A stretch of DNA of 64,000 bases from an uncultured Oligoflexus sp. Lineage in GTDB: Bacteria; Bdellovibrionota_B; Oligoflexia; Oligoflexales; Oligoflexaceae. The stretch lies in assembly GCA_964236955.1 (NCBI GenBank), contig CAXSGP010000006.1, forward strand, positions 1 to 64,000, read 5' to 3'. Numbering within the stretch: position 1 is the stretch's first letter; each line of letters starts with the position of its first letter. Below, piece by piece: positions 9,867 to 21,028 of this stretch. The position numbers were made by a program, and so were the translations under genes. The notes below the pieces were generated by a model. It worked only from the letters and a program-made list of their open reading frames with translations, did no database searches and was not told where the DNA came from.

Positions 9867-10871
9867 TTAGGGCGTCAGCAGGATCTTGATGTCGGCCTTT
9901 TTTCTCTGCCCTTCAATCCAACGCGTCAGCAATCGCCCCATTTCTTCCTGCCGCAAGGCATTTTCGAGCTGTGGCTTTTGCTTTTTATATTCTTCACTGC
10001 CGGAAAACTCTTTCTTCTCGACATAAAAAATGAAATAGCCAAGCGGCGTTTCAATAGGCTTGGAATACTTGCCTTCGTCCAAATCCTTAACCGCACCTTG
10101 AAAGAGCGGAGCCAGGTCTTTCACATAAAGACTCGACATCAATCCACCCGTTTTCCGGGCTTCATCATTGTCGGAATAGATCTTAACGACCTGCTCGAAA
10201 GGCATTCCCCCTTCAAGTTCCTGATAGGCTTTATCAACAAGACTGCGCTTGCCTTCCTTGACCGAGGCGACGCTGTCGGGTGGCATGGAGATTTGGAGCT
10301 GACGGAGGATCAGCCTGACGTTTTCCGCGGCACTTCCGGAATTGCGAAGGTAGTAAAGCTGCACATCACGATCGGAGACCTTGACCTGCGGGACGATTTC
10401 ACGACCCTGAAACTGATTCATAACCATCTGGGTTTTAAAATCTTCTTTGTATTGTTCGTACGTCATATTCTGTTCTGCCAAAGCCGAGTTCAACTGCTCC
10501 TTATTGAGATTGCGACCCTTCATAAAGCGCTCGATCTCTTCCTCCAAAGCCGCATCGGTAACTTCAATCTCCAACTCCTCAGCCTTTTGCAGGATCAACT
10601 TTTTATTGATCAAGTCCTGTATCGCCACCTGCAAAGGCGCATCGGTTTCCTTAGCAGGGTAGGGAGAGATCTCGATCAACTGGCCCTTTTCCACCTTCGC
10701 CTTAGCCTCGCTAAGGGTAATGGCCGAGCCATTGACCTCAGCCGCCAGGCGATCAATAAGCTCCGCAGCCTGTGCGGATTGGCTTAGTGTAAAGACTGAT
10801 ACCAATGTCAGGGATTTTAAAAGGCCCGTGAGCTTTTTATGGGAATGGTATTGAGCGCTGATTCTACCCAT
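9867..10871 (-). CDS. surA: SurA-like periplasmic chaperone/parvulin PPIase (start uncertain)
   Basis: IDRLAAEVNGSAIT SurA N-domain; parvulin motif FEQVVKIYSD..GG..SKPIETPLGYFIF. Confidence 0.8.
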   Translation of the reverse strand: MGRISAQYHSHKKLTGLLKSLTLVSVFTLSQSAQAAELIDRLAAEVNGSAITLSEAKAKVEKGQLIEISPYPAKETDAPLQVAIQDLINKKLILQKAEELEIEVTDAALEEEIERFMKGRNLNKEQLNSALAEQNMTYEQYKEDFKTQMVMNQFQGREIVPQVKVSDRDVQLYYLRNSGSAAENVRLILRQLQISMPPDSVASVKEGKRSLVDKAYQELEGGMPFEQVVKIYSDNDEARKTGGLMSSLYVKDLAPLFQGAVKDLDEGKYSKPIETPLGYFIFYVEKKEFSGSEEYKKQKPQLENALRQEEMGRLLTRWIEGQRKKADIKILLTP

Positions 10872-11857
10872 TTTTTATATTCCTCTTCCTGACGTTTGAG
10901 CGTCAGGTCTCTGGTAATTTTCGGTTTTGCCGCGTCGAAACTCAGGTCGATACGTGGCACCTTCTTTTCTAGCATAAGAATATGGAAACCATAAGTTGAC
11001 TTTAGTATGCCCTGTATCGTTCCCGGCTGCATTTCAAATGCTATGTCAAATACGGAGGGCATATCACCCTTGGCAAAGGGCCCCAAGAGCCCACCTTTGG
11101 TGGCCTCAGGAGCAATCGACAGCTCGCGCGCAAGTTGGGCAAAGTTCTGGGGATTGACCCGAGCCCGCAGTTTTTTGGCATCCTCTTCGTCCGCAAGCAA
11201 AATCTGCCTGACAACGATCCGAGTCGGCTCCATAAATTCGGCCTTATGCTCGTCGTAATAGGCATGCACCTCAGCCTCGGACACAGCGATAGCAGCATTC
11301 ACCCGATCGGTGACATACTGATTGAGAATGGCCTTCTCACAAAGCATAGCCTTGAGATGCTCCCTATCCTTTTCATTTTTGATCATTGCCGCAAGCCGGA
11401 TGCTGGTATCCACCCATTCCTGAATACACGCGCTATAACGCGAGGGCTCCTTTAAGCTGAACTTGGCATCGGTTGAGACAAATTGATAAAGGAGTTTGCG
11501 TTCGATCAAATCGGCCAGGATCTTGTTGTAGAGTTCCAAATTGGTTTTTTTGCTGAGTTGATCCATGCCAGCGCTGGTCGTTTGATTCCCGCCATCCATA
11601 GGCTTGGACTCCGAAAAAGAACCGATTTCGGCAGCCGTCACCTGGGCCATATTGAGTTTGTATTCCCACTCCACCTCTTCGCGCGTTACCAAATAATCTC
11701 CAACATTGACTGAAAAATCAAGATCTTCCGCAGCAATTTCGTCGTTATCGCTACGCCAAAAAAAGGCGCCTGTGTGGTGAATTTTCCAAAAATAAACACC
11801 CAACAGAAAGCAGCCCACGAAGAGAAAGAAAAACAGCAAACGCTTCATGTTAAGCAT
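10817..11857 (-). CDS. Membrane-anchored PpiC/parvulin-type peptidyl-prolyl isomerase
   Basis: VRQIL, FAQLARELS..GGLLG and STYGFHIL motifs; N-terminal TM helix. Confidence 0.88.
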   Translation of the reverse strand: MLNMKRLLFFFLFVGCFLLGVYFWKIHHTGAFFWRSDNDEIAAEDLDFSVNVGDYLVTREEVEWEYKLNMAQVTAAEIGSFSESKPMDGGNQTTSAGMDQLSKKTNLELYNKILADLIERKLLYQFVSTDAKFSLKEPSRYSACIQEWVDTSIRLAAMIKNEKDREHLKAMLCEKAILNQYVTDRVNAAIAVSEAEVHAYYDEHKAEFMEPTRIVVRQILLADEEDAKKLRARVNPQNFAQLARELSIAPEATKGGLLGPFAKGDMPSVFDIAFEMQPGTIQGILKSTYGFHILMLEKKVPRIDLSFDAAKPKITRDLTLKRQEEEYKKWVESALNTIPIKSSRAF

Positions 11858-11863
11858 AGGGCC

Positions 11864-14800
11864 TCAAGCAATCGTGAGAGGGATAAGCACCTCAATCAAG
11901 GTCTGCAGTGGATCCTCGAGCGCCTTGTCGCCAAGGTTTACCATCAACTTAAAGTCGGGGGTAAGACTCAGGATGCGGCTTTGCCGGGCACAAGCCATGC
12001 CGATCGATTGAATCTGAGCCGCCTTGAGCTGACCCATACGCAATTCAAAAAGGGTCGGCTTGAGCGCTTGGATCTGCTCGACCCGCAACTTGCGCAGAAG
12101 AACCTTGAGGGAAGCTACCTGGAAGAGATTATACGCCTCTTTAGGCAGATTGCCAAAGCGATCGATCGCTTCCCGCCGATATCGATCCACTTCTTCGGTT
12201 TCATTCGCTGTGAATAGATTCTTATAAAGAAGAAGCCGCTGTCGCTCCTGAGTAACATAGTCGGCGCTGAGCGAAGCCGACAACGGGATTTTAATCTCGG
12301 GGTCAATATCGGGCTCTCGCTCCTGGCCCCGCAGCGTCGCCATCTCTTTTTCCAGCATATCGAGATAAAGCTCATAGCCGATATCGTCCATATGCCCCGA
12401 CTGCTGACCGCCAAGGATATTGCCGGTGCCGCGCAGCTCCATATCGTAGCTCGCGATCTGAAAGCCCACCCCAAGTTCCTGATGGGTTGCCAGGATTTCC
12501 AGGCGCCGCCGGGCATCTTCATTGCTGGCGAGGGGCGATTTCGTCAGGAAATAGGCATAGGATTGCCGCGTCGATCGTCCGACGCGACCCCGCATCTGAT
12601 AGAGCTGGGCCAATCCAAAACGGTCGGCATCGTTGACGATGATGGTATTGACGTTAGGCATATCGATTCCCGACTCGATAATGGTCGTGCAGACCAATAC
12701 GGAATACTTTTGCTGGATGAAGTCCACGATCGTCGTCTCAACCGTATTCTCCTTCATCTGCCCATGGGCTATGGTCATCGTCACTTCGGGCACAAGCGAG
12801 CGAAGGTAAGCCGACATTTCGAGAATATCCTGCACCCGATTGTGAACGAAAAAGATCTGGCCACCCCGTTGCACCTCCAGACGGATCGCCCGCTTCACCA
12901 GCTCGGCATCAAATTGAGCGATATAAGTCTTGATCGAAAGCCTTTCCATGGGTGCCGTGGCAATGATGGAAATATCCCTGAGCCCGACCAGCGACATGTG
13001 CAGGGATCTCGGGATCGGGGTGGCCGTGAGCGTGATGATGTCGCAGGCGGCCTTATAGGCCTTTAGCTTTTCTTTATGCGTCACCCCAAAACGCTGCTCT
13101 TCATCGACAATAAGGAGCCCCAAATTTTTGGGTTTCACGTCCCCCGATAGCAGACGATGGGTGCCTATCATAATGTCGATCGAACCCGAACTAAACCGCT
13201 CAAGACTGCTCTTTACCTTGTCCGCCCTGACAAAACGATTGGCGACTCCCACCTCGATGCCATAGGGCTTAAAGCGCTTGGCAAAGGTTTCGTAATGCTG
13301 GTAGCTGAGCAGAGTGGTGGGCGCAAGGACCATAATCTGAAAGCCATCCAGCACGACCCGCATTGCGGCCCGCAGCGCCACTTCGGTTTTGCCAAAACCC
13401 ACATCACCACAGATCAGGCGATCCATTGGCAAATCACTGCTAAGATCGGCATTGACTTCATCGATAGCCTTTTGCTGATCATCTGTTTCGGTGTAGGGAA
13501 AATCCGCCTCAAACTGAAAATAGAGGTCACTCAAAGCGCTGTAGCCAGCCCGCTCGGCTAGCCGCCTTTGAGCATGAAGGCGCAGCAATTGATCGGCGAT
13601 ATCACGGATAGAACTTTTGGCGCGCGACTTTCTTTTTTGCCAGGATGGACTACGCAGCTTATCGAGCGCCGCATGATCGCCGGACTCGACAGCTGAGTAT
13701 TTTTGCAAAAGGCCCAAGCGATAAACAGGCAGGTAAAGCTTATCCTGATCAGCATACTCAAGCACCAAAAAGTCGGTCGTGCTGCCACCGACCGCCATAG
13801 TCTTCATACCGAGGTATTTGCCGATGCCGTGATCGCTGTGTACCACGAGGGAGCCTGGAGTCAACTCCTGAAAGGAGCGAAAGGCATTCTTTGCATCTTT
13901 TTTTCGAGCCACAGCCGGAATAAAATGTTCGCCAAAAAAAATATGCTCAGGCAGCAGCAGAATGCCTTTGACCTCATCCCAGAGCAGGTTGGGCAAGCTG
14001 CCGATCATAAGTGTGATGGTTGGCTGCCGGACTGACTCGCGGAGCAGACGGCCCAGCCTTTGATCACTTTGATCAAAGGCCAAGTTATGATGCTGAAGCA
14101 CACTGCGCAGGCGCAGAAGATGCTCCTCCTGCCGGACGAGTATGTATACCGAGTGGAGCCGCGCCGCATCCTCGAGATGTTTAATCCAAAGGGGAAGAGC
14201 ACTCTTGTCGGTCGAGGCCGCTGGCAATCGCCATTGACTTGGCGGATGCAAACTCGTCTGCAGTTCGGGAAGGGCAGCTCGGCTTTGGTTGAGTCCAAAC
14301 TCTACAAAATTTTTGGCAGACAGTTGCCTCTGCAGAAGTTTAGGATGTAAAAAGTGGGCACTCGTGCTTAGTACAATGCGTCTATGGAGCTTATCCTCCT
14401 CGTAGTCCTTTTCCCAGCGTTCAAAGGAATGTGTGTACTTAGCAAGGCAGGCGTCTATCGGTTCAAGAAAGATCAGACGATCACCATTTTCAAGAAAATC
14501 AAGTAGCGTGCTGTTCTTTTTGCGTAGAGCGGGCAGCAGGATAGGCATTTCTTTGAGAATATGACCGTCGGCAAAGGCATCAACCAGACCCTGTCGATCA
14601 GAAGGACTCACAGCCTCGGCCAGAAGAACATCATAGAGGCGCTGAGCATCCTGCCGCCGCTCCGTCAGAGGAAAAACTTCCTCCCAGTTGGAACTTATCC
14701 ACAGCTCGTCGATCAGACCTGTGGACAGCTGAGTATCTACTGAGAATAGTTTTATTTTTTGTAGGGTGTCGGCAAAAAAATCACAGCGTGCCGCCTGCGA

Positions 14801-15403
14801 TTCGGCTGGACTGAACACATCGACGATGCCCCCTTTCACGGCGAAATGACCGACTTCCTCAACTTCTTCAACCTGCCTAAAGCCGCGCTCCAGAAGGGAT
14901 TGAATGAGCTGATCGAGATCATAGTCCTGACCCTGCCGCAAAACAAATGAAGCCGCCCGGAGGGCGTCGGGAGTCGTTACGTACTGCGCCAGGGCACTGA
15001 AGCTCGACCAGATCACCGGTGCCGCGCGGTGGCGCAGGACCAAGGCCGCCAAAGCCTGCAGGCGCGGGCCCCGCAGATGATTCTGCTGCAGATAGCGCTG
15101 GAACCCCCAAAACTGCTGCGATTGAATTTCTAACGAAGGCCAAGACCCGAGCGGGATGCTGTTCACCTGAACCAGCTCGTTCCAATAGGCCAGCTGCTTC
15201 GGATCGCTGTGCACCAAGATCAGTCGTTTCCCGGCAGGTAAAGACTGCCAGCCCTCAAGAAGATTGAGCAGGACAAAGAGCTTTTGGGAATCGGACAGGC
15301 CCACGAGCTGCAGAGGCTCGCCATCTAGAAAAAATCCCCACATTTTCTGAAAATATTCTGAAAGGCTGCTCACTGTTTTCAAAACGGCCTCATTCCTAGT
15401 CAA
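11864..15403 (-). CDS. mfd: Transcription-repair coupling factor
   Basis: UvrB-like FAVKGGIVD, CarD-like VVHSDHGIG, GDVGFGKT, DEEQRFG, TATPIPR, QMRGRVGR and a C-terminal TRCF domain. Confidence 0.97.
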   Translation of the reverse strand: MTRNEAVLKTVSSLSEYFQKMWGFFLDGEPLQLVGLSDSQKLFVLLNLLEGWQSLPAGKRLILVHSDPKQLAYWNELVQVNSIPLGSWPSLEIQSQQFWGFQRYLQQNHLRGPRLQALAALVLRHRAAPVIWSSFSALAQYVTTPDALRAASFVLRQGQDYDLDQLIQSLLERGFRQVEEVEEVGHFAVKGGIVDVFSPAESQAARCDFFADTLQKIKLFSVDTQLSTGLIDELWISSNWEEVFPLTERRQDAQRLYDVLLAEAVSPSDRQGLVDAFADGHILKEMPILLPALRKKNSTLLDFLENGDRLIFLEPIDACLAKYTHSFERWEKDYEEDKLHRRIVLSTSAHFLHPKLLQRQLSAKNFVEFGLNQSRAALPELQTSLHPPSQWRLPAASTDKSALPLWIKHLEDAARLHSVYILVRQEEHLLRLRSVLQHHNLAFDQSDQRLGRLLRESVRQPTITLMIGSLPNLLWDEVKGILLLPEHIFFGEHFIPAVARKKDAKNAFRSFQELTPGSLVVHSDHGIGKYLGMKTMAVGGSTTDFLVLEYADQDKLYLPVYRLGLLQKYSAVESGDHAALDKLRSPSWQKRKSRAKSSIRDIADQLLRLHAQRRLAERAGYSALSDLYFQFEADFPYTETDDQQKAIDEVNADLSSDLPMDRLICGDVGFGKTEVALRAAMRVVLDGFQIMVLAPTTLLSYQHYETFAKRFKPYGIEVGVANRFVRADKVKSSLERFSSGSIDIMIGTHRLLSGDVKPKNLGLLIVDEEQRFGVTHKEKLKAYKAACDIITLTATPIPRSLHMSLVGLRDISIIATAPMERLSIKTYIAQFDAELVKRAIRLEVQRGGQIFFVHNRVQDILEMSAYLRSLVPEVTMTIAHGQMKENTVETTIVDFIQQKYSVLVCTTIIESGIDMPNVNTIIVNDADRFGLAQLYQMRGRVGRSTRQSYAYFLTKSPLASNEDARRRLEILATHQELGVGFQIASYDMELRGTGNILGGQQSGHMDDIGYELYLDMLEKEMATLRGQEREPDIDPEIKIPLSASLSADYVTQERQRLLLYKNLFTANETEEVDRYRREAIDRFGNLPKEAYNLFQVASLKVLLRKLRVEQIQALKPTLFELRMGQLKAAQIQSIGMACARQSRILSLTPDFKLMVNLGDKALEDPLQTLIEVLIPLTIA

Positions 15404-15667
15404 CCCAAGCAGTAAATCCCCGCGTTAACCAACATCAAGATGACTGATCAAAAGAAAAAAGCGCGAGCGTCCCTGACCAACGAATGGAGTAGGGGTCGAG
15501 GCCGCAAGGACTCAAGCTTCTCCCTAAATAGTTTAGGGTTTCTAAAATCCAATTAACACCCAGTCCCCGAAAAACGAGTAGTCAAGCTTTCAGGACTCCC
15601 CTAGTGTGAGGTGGATGATGATCAAATATCGAAATTAATACAAGCACCCCGTACTCAAGAGGCTGCC

Positions 15668-18600
15668 ATGGACACTCCTAGCAAAACAATAATGAACAAG
15701 CGCTTGCTAGTTGCCAATCGGGGCGAAATTGCAACCCGGATTTTTCGCGCCGCGACCGAACTCAACATGCAGACGATCGCCTTGTACAGTTACGAAGACC
15801 GCTTCTCCATGCATCGATTCAAAGCCGACGAGGCCTATAAGGTTGGTAAGAAAGGTGATCCGCTCGGCGCCTATCTCAACTGGCAAGACATTGTCGCGCT
15901 AGCGGTTGAAAAGAAAATCGATATGATTCATCCGGGCTACGGATTTCTTTCTGAGAATCCCGACTTCGCCGCAGCTTGTGCAGAAAAGAGCATCCTCTTC
16001 TGTGGCCCATCGCCCCGCATCCTCCACCTCTTCGGCGACAAGCTCGCAGCCAAACAAATAGCTCGGGAAGCCGGCGTCCGGGTCATTCCAGGAACAGAAG
16101 CTCCCGTGGAAAGCTTGGATGAAGCGCGGCAGGTCAGCCAGGGCCTTGGCTATCCCGTGACCCTCAAGGCCCTATCAGGAGGGGGCGGCAAGGGAATTCG
16201 CATCGTCACCACCGAAAGCGAACTGATTGAAGCCTTTCAGCGGGCCCGATCGGAAGCCATGAGTTCATTTGGCCGTTCGGAAATCTACCTCGAAAAAAGC
16301 ATTCTCAATGCCAAGCATATCGAAGTCCAGGTCGCCGGTGATATGACAGGCCAAGTGATCCATCTCTATGAACGCGACTGCTCGGTGCAGCGCCGTCATC
16401 AAAAGGTGGTTGAGATCGCCCCCGCCCTCGGCATCAGCTCAGAAACGCGAGAGCGGCTTCTAGCAGACGCCATTAAGATAGCTAAATCCGTTGCTTATGT
16501 TGGCGTTGGCACGGTGGAATTTTTGGTGAGTGAGGACGGCACCCACTACTTCCTAGAAGTGAACCCCCGGATTCAAGTCGAACATACCGTGACAGAAATG
16601 ATTACCGGTGTTGACCTCGTGCAGATGTCGATCGTTCTTCCGGCAGGCCGTAGTATGACGCATCCCGTCATAGGTATTCGTTCGCAGGATGATGTTCGCC
16701 AGAGGGGGGTTGCCATCCAGTGCCGCATCACGACAGAAAATCCACAGAAGAACTTTGCTCCTGATACGGGCGTTATCTTAGCCTATCGTCCGGCCCAAGG
16801 CTTTGGTATACGCCTCGATGAGGGGCTCGGAACGTCGGGCGGAATTGTGACGCCCTATTATGATTCGCTCCTGGTGAAGGTGACCGTGCACAGCGTCGAT
16901 CTCTTTGGAGCCGCCTCAAAGATGGCACGCGCGCTTAAAGAATTCCGAATTCGCGGCATCAAAACCAACATGGAATTGCTGCTCAATATCGTCTCGCATC
17001 CAAAATTTGCCAATGGCTCGATACGGACCGACTTTCTCGAGAAGCATCACGAGGTCTTTGAATTCTCACAACCCAAAGACCGCGCAACCAAAATCCTCCG
17101 TTTCATCAGCGATGTAACGGTCAATAATCCTCATAAGCTGACCACGAAAACCGTGCCGAAAAATGTCGATATCTATGAACTTCCGAAAAAAGCTCTGACC
17201 TCGGCCACACCAACGGCCAAACAAATCTTCGATCAATCCGGGGTTGAAGGCCTTAAGGCGTGGATCCATGGGCAAAAGCAATTACTCATCACCGACACGA
17301 CGATGCGCGACGCGCATCAGTCGCTTTTTGCGACCCGCCTTCGCAATCACGATATTTATAAGGCCACGCAGTTCTACGCCAACGCCACGCCGGGCCTCTT
17401 CTCGCTGGAATGCTGGGGTGGAGCGACTTTTGATACCTGCCTGCGCTTTCTCAAAGAAGATCCATGGGAACGTCTGGCCCGCATCCGTGAAGAGATACCC
17501 AACAGCCTCTTGCAGATGCTGCTTCGTGGCGACAACGCCGTCGGCTATACCAACTATCCGGAATGGGTCATCCGTGATTTCATTCGCCTGAGTGCCGAGG
17601 CCGGCCTCGACCTCTTTCGTATCTTTGATTGTCTAAATAATCCCGAGCAGATGGCCATCGCTATCGATGAAGTGAAAAAACGCGGTGCGATCGCTGAGGC
17701 GGCGATCTGTTATACGGGCAATATTTTGGATCCCAACAACCAAAAGTATACTCTTCAATACTATCTTAAAATCGCCAAGCAGCTTGAAGCAATGGGCTCT
17801 GATATTCTTTGTATTAAGGACATGGCCGGCGTGTTAAGACCACGCGCGGCGACCGTTTTGATCAAAGCCCTCAAGCAGGAGATCGGCATCCCGATCCACC
17901 TGCATACGCATGCCAGCGCCGGCTCGTCGGAATCAACCCTACTTGCAGCCGCCGAGGCGGGCTGTGACATCGTTGATGGCGCCATCAGTTCCATGGCTGG
18001 ACTGACCTCACAGCCTAGCATCAATGCCATCGTCGCCGTTCTGGAAGGGACCGAGCGTTGCCCGGACCTCAGGCTTTCGGACCTTGACGAATTGAGCCGC
18101 TTTTGGGAAACGATCCGCGCCCAGTACCATGCCTTTGATCCTGGCATCAAAGCCACCTCGACCGATGTCTACGAACATGAAATCCCGGGAGGCCAATACT
18201 CCAACCTCTTTGATCAGGCGCAAAAGGTTGGGGTCAAGGCTGCTGAATTTCATGAGCTGACCGTTCGCTATAAAGAGGTAAACGAACTCTTTGGCAATAT
18301 CGTCAAGGTTACGCCTTCATCGAAGGTCGTTGGCGACTTTGCTTTGCTTATGCAAAAGCATGGCATCAATGCCGAAACCCTGATGGCTAAAAAACCTCAG
18401 CTCGATTATCCCGATTCGGTGGTAAGTTTTTTCAAAGGCCACATGGGAATACCCTATGGCGGCTTTAATGAAGAGCTTCGCACCATGATTCTGGGTCCCA
18501 ATCCTCCCGCTCCTGAAAAGCCGCCCCTGGCCAAGGGCGATAGCTTTGAAAAGGCTAGAGCCGAGCTTGCGCTGCTCCTCGACAAGCCGCCGGCCGCCAC

Positions 18601-19123
18601 CGAAGTCTTGTCTTATCGCCTTTACCCAAAGGTCTATAAAGACTACCTCACCCACCTGCGGGAATTTGGTGCTGTGGAAAATGTTCCAACCGACGTCTTT
18701 TTCAACGGTCTCAATTTAAATCGTGAAATTGAAATTGAATTGGAACCCGGCAAGACTTTGATTATCAGTCTCTCAGGCATCACCGATCCTGATGCTGACG
18801 GCAAACGCCGGGTATTTTTCCAACTCAACGGCTTTCCAAGAAATCTTGAGGTTATCGACGAGTCAATCACCGGCGTAACGAAGAAAAGGCCGAAGGCTGA
18901 CCCTCATAGCTCCGAACAAATCGGTTCACCCATGCCTGGAAAAATCCTTGAGATTCGGGCAGTTGCTGGAAACTCAGTGAAAAAAGGTGAGATTGTCCTC
19001 GTCACGGAATCGATGAAAATGGAATATGCTATTACCGCAAAAATGGACGGTAAGGTGAAGTCCATTTTTGTCGCTAAAGGCGAGTTGGTGGAAGAGGGCG
19101 ACCTCCTGATCGAGATTCAATAG
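15668..19123 (+). CDS. pyc: Pyruvate carboxylase
   Basis: LVANRGEIA biotin carboxylase domain, RDAHQS/IKDMAG/HLHTH carboxyltransferase domain and ESMKME biotinyl site. ATG at 15668 follows GAGG. Confidence 0.98.
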   Translation: MDTPSKTIMNKRLLVANRGEIATRIFRAATELNMQTIALYSYEDRFSMHRFKADEAYKVGKKGDPLGAYLNWQDIVALAVEKKIDMIHPGYGFLSENPDFAAACAEKSILFCGPSPRILHLFGDKLAAKQIAREAGVRVIPGTEAPVESLDEARQVSQGLGYPVTLKALSGGGGKGIRIVTTESELIEAFQRARSEAMSSFGRSEIYLEKSILNAKHIEVQVAGDMTGQVIHLYERDCSVQRRHQKVVEIAPALGISSETRERLLADAIKIAKSVAYVGVGTVEFLVSEDGTHYFLEVNPRIQVEHTVTEMITGVDLVQMSIVLPAGRSMTHPVIGIRSQDDVRQRGVAIQCRITTENPQKNFAPDTGVILAYRPAQGFGIRLDEGLGTSGGIVTPYYDSLLVKVTVHSVDLFGAASKMARALKEFRIRGIKTNMELLLNIVSHPKFANGSIRTDFLEKHHEVFEFSQPKDRATKILRFISDVTVNNPHKLTTKTVPKNVDIYELPKKALTSATPTAKQIFDQSGVEGLKAWIHGQKQLLITDTTMRDAHQSLFATRLRNHDIYKATQFYANATPGLFSLECWGGATFDTCLRFLKEDPWERLARIREEIPNSLLQMLLRGDNAVGYTNYPEWVIRDFIRLSAEAGLDLFRIFDCLNNPEQMAIAIDEVKKRGAIAEAAICYTGNILDPNNQKYTLQYYLKIAKQLEAMGSDILCIKDMAGVLRPRAATVLIKALKQEIGIPIHLHTHASAGSSESTLLAAAEAGCDIVDGAISSMAGLTSQPSINAIVAVLEGTERCPDLRLSDLDELSRFWETIRAQYHAFDPGIKATSTDVYEHEIPGGQYSNLFDQAQKVGVKAAEFHELTVRYKEVNELFGNIVKVTPSSKVVGDFALLMQKHGINAETLMAKKPQLDYPDSVVSFFKGHMGIPYGGFNEELRTMILGPNPPAPEKPPLAKGDSFEKARAELALLLDKPPAATEVLSYRLYPKVYKDYLTHLREFGAVENVPTDVFFNGLNLNREIEIELEPGKTLIISLSGITDPDADGKRRVFFQLNGFPRNLEVIDESITGVTKKRPKADPHSSEQIGSPMPGKILEIRAVAGNSVKKGEIVLVTESMKMEYAITAKMDGKVKSIFVAKGELVEEGDLLIEIQ

Positions 19124-19130
19124 TGTGGGA

Positions 19131-19946
19131 TCAAGGCAGGTTTTGCATGAGACCTGCCTTAGCTTCTTCAATTGATTTCGGCCTGAGCCGGCCCTTGATT
19201 CGAAAGCCAATCCATAGCGCTAAAGCCAAGATACTGATGCCCTGTGAGGTGGAAAGAGCCGTTGCAAGGAAATGGCCCCGGTCGTCGCCACGATAAAATT
19301 CGAGAATAAAGCGAGCGATCGTATAGCCAACAATAGCAGCATCGGCTGTCCATTGGGACTTGCCAGGAAACTTTTTAATGAAGAGAATAAGCAGCACTCC
19401 AAAGCCAATTCCAAAAGCACTTTCCCAAAGCTGCACCGGATAGCGATAGATGGCATCGTCAAGATTCGGCAGCTGCACCGTCCACCAGGATGGCGCAAAC
19501 TGCTTGCTAATAGGCGCGCCGTAGTCGTCGCCATTTAAAAAGCAACCGATCCGGCCTATCCCTATCGCAATAAGTCCCGGTCCCCCAAATAGCCTGGCAA
19601 GGACCCCGAGCCCCAGGGCCTGGCGCCGGGCGTAGACGATCAAGACCGCCGTGACGGCAATAATCCCGCCGTAAAGTGTCATGCTGCCAAAGCGAAAAAG
19701 AGCTTTGAAAAAATCGATGGGGGCGAAAATTTGCTCGTCAAAAGCGATGGAAAAAATTCTCGCTCCGAAGTACCCGGCAGCGTAGAGCAGAACAAATAAT
19801 TTATCGAGCACTCCTGCACTCATAGCTGGAACGACAGAAGACCGGATGGACTGCATTGCATACCAAGCGGCAAAAGCGCCCGCCACAAAAAAAACATGCC
19901 AACTGGCCAAAACAAAATCCCCGGACCGGTAAAGAATTGGATACAA
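19131..19946 (-). CDS. lgt: Prolipoprotein diacylglyceryl transferase
   Basis: MYPIL, GARI, LYGG, IGRIGCFLNGDDYG, YPVQLWE and RFILEFYRGD motifs. Confidence 0.9.
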   Translation of the reverse strand: MYPILYRSGDFVLASWHVFFVAGAFAAWYAMQSIRSSVVPAMSAGVLDKLFVLLYAAGYFGARIFSIAFDEQIFAPIDFFKALFRFGSMTLYGGIIAVTAVLIVYARRQALGLGVLARLFGGPGLIAIGIGRIGCFLNGDDYGAPISKQFAPSWWTVQLPNLDDAIYRYPVQLWESAFGIGFGVLLILFIKKFPGKSQWTADAAIVGYTIARFILEFYRGDDRGHFLATALSTSQGISILALALWIGFRIKGRLRPKSIEEAKAGLMQNLP

Positions 19947-19956
19947 AAAAACCCCT

Positions 19957-21027
19957 TCAAACAGCTACGTTTGGTGCAAAGGCCTGTTTATCCAGATTGA
20001 CCACAAGGGTACTAAAGGCCCAAAAAGCGGCGGCGGCGGCAGTAAGGAGATGGCCGTTTACACACAGTCCACCCACCAGAACCAGGGCCACTCCCAACTC
20101 AAGGTAGAGGAAAATTTTCAACGCCATATGAAAACGTTCCGCCGTCTCCGGACTATGGCGTCGAAAGAAAGCCCAACTTTGATGGTCGCGACCTTCACTG
20201 CCGGCCGGAGACGCTTCGTTTAGTACAGCCACCAAAGGCACAAGTGCCAGTCCTTGCACAAAGAAATAAAGCTCGCCGTATTCGGCAAACAAAATCTTCA
20301 CGGCAAGCGGCAAAGCCAGCCCCGAGGCGATATAAGCCATCATTCGAAAGATATTGGTTTGAAGCCTTAAGACCAAACGTGTTAAGGCCACCCCTATGAA
20401 TATAGCTGCCGCGACGAGAGGAATTAAGTTCGCCGCTTCCGCCAACCATGAATTATAGCCAAGCTTGACGAGGATAACAAAGCCAAGACTCAGTCGGATC
20501 CCGAGATTTAAGATCATGTGCAGAGCAACATTTTTTTCCGAACCAAGGTCAACTGTTCCGAGCTGCAGCGGCGGCAGGGCAAAGAGCAGGAAAACCCCAA
20601 GCACAAAGCTTATAGCCGAGATAAAATTGGCCTCTAGGGTCGTGATGGCAAAGGGCAAACCGATGGCGGGATGCAGCGAAAGCTCCAGCAGAAAAAGGCC
20701 AATTGTAAAACTCACGAAAGCTTTAAACCAGGCCTCGTGACTTTCAACTTTATCGCGTACGAGGAGGAGTACGAGGGCCAGCATTGCTTGACACGAAAGT
20801 AGCCACAGATCGGCGGTCTGCGCAAGCGGGCTGCTGAGCGAAGCGCTATCGCTAAGCTGACCTTTAAACAATGTGGCCATGATCATGATCCATGGCATCA
20901 ATAAACCCAGGATTATAATCAAAAGTTTAGAGGCCCCTAGATGGGCTCGTTCGGCTTTGCGTTTGGAAGATAAAGTCAGAAATGCCAGAAGGAAGAGCAG
21001 CACAGGGAAAATCAAAACGACAAACAT
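19957..21027 (-). CDS. Degenerate NuoN/MrpD (antiporter-like) membrane protein
   Basis: SHEAWFKAF, ALPPLQLGTVDL and QTNIFRMMAY echo the NuoN motifs SxEAxxKY, VPFHxWxPDV and QTNIKRLLAYS. Polytopic, but shorter than a typical NuoN. Confidence 0.6.
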   Translation of the reverse strand: MFVVLIFPVLLFLLAFLTLSSKRKAERAHLGASKLLIIILGLLMPWIMIMATLFKGQLSDSASLSSPLAQTADLWLLSCQAMLALVLLLVRDKVESHEAWFKAFVSFTIGLFLLELSLHPAIGLPFAITTLEANFISAISFVLGVFLLFALPPLQLGTVDLGSEKNVALHMILNLGIRLSLGFVILVKLGYNSWLAEAANLIPLVAAAIFIGVALTRLVLRLQTNIFRMMAYIASGLALPLAVKILFAEYGELYFFVQGLALVPLVAVLNEASPAGSEGRDHQSWAFFRRHSPETAERFHMALKIFLYLELGVALVLVGGLCVNGHLLTAAAAAFWAFSTLVVNLDKQAFAPNVAV

Positions 21028-21028
21028 G

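Noticed and set aside
15404..15667. ncRNA between mfd and pyc (GCAA-tetraloop hairpin, TAGGGG/CCCCTA)
   Set aside because: Only short stems, compatible with an ordinary divergent promoter region.
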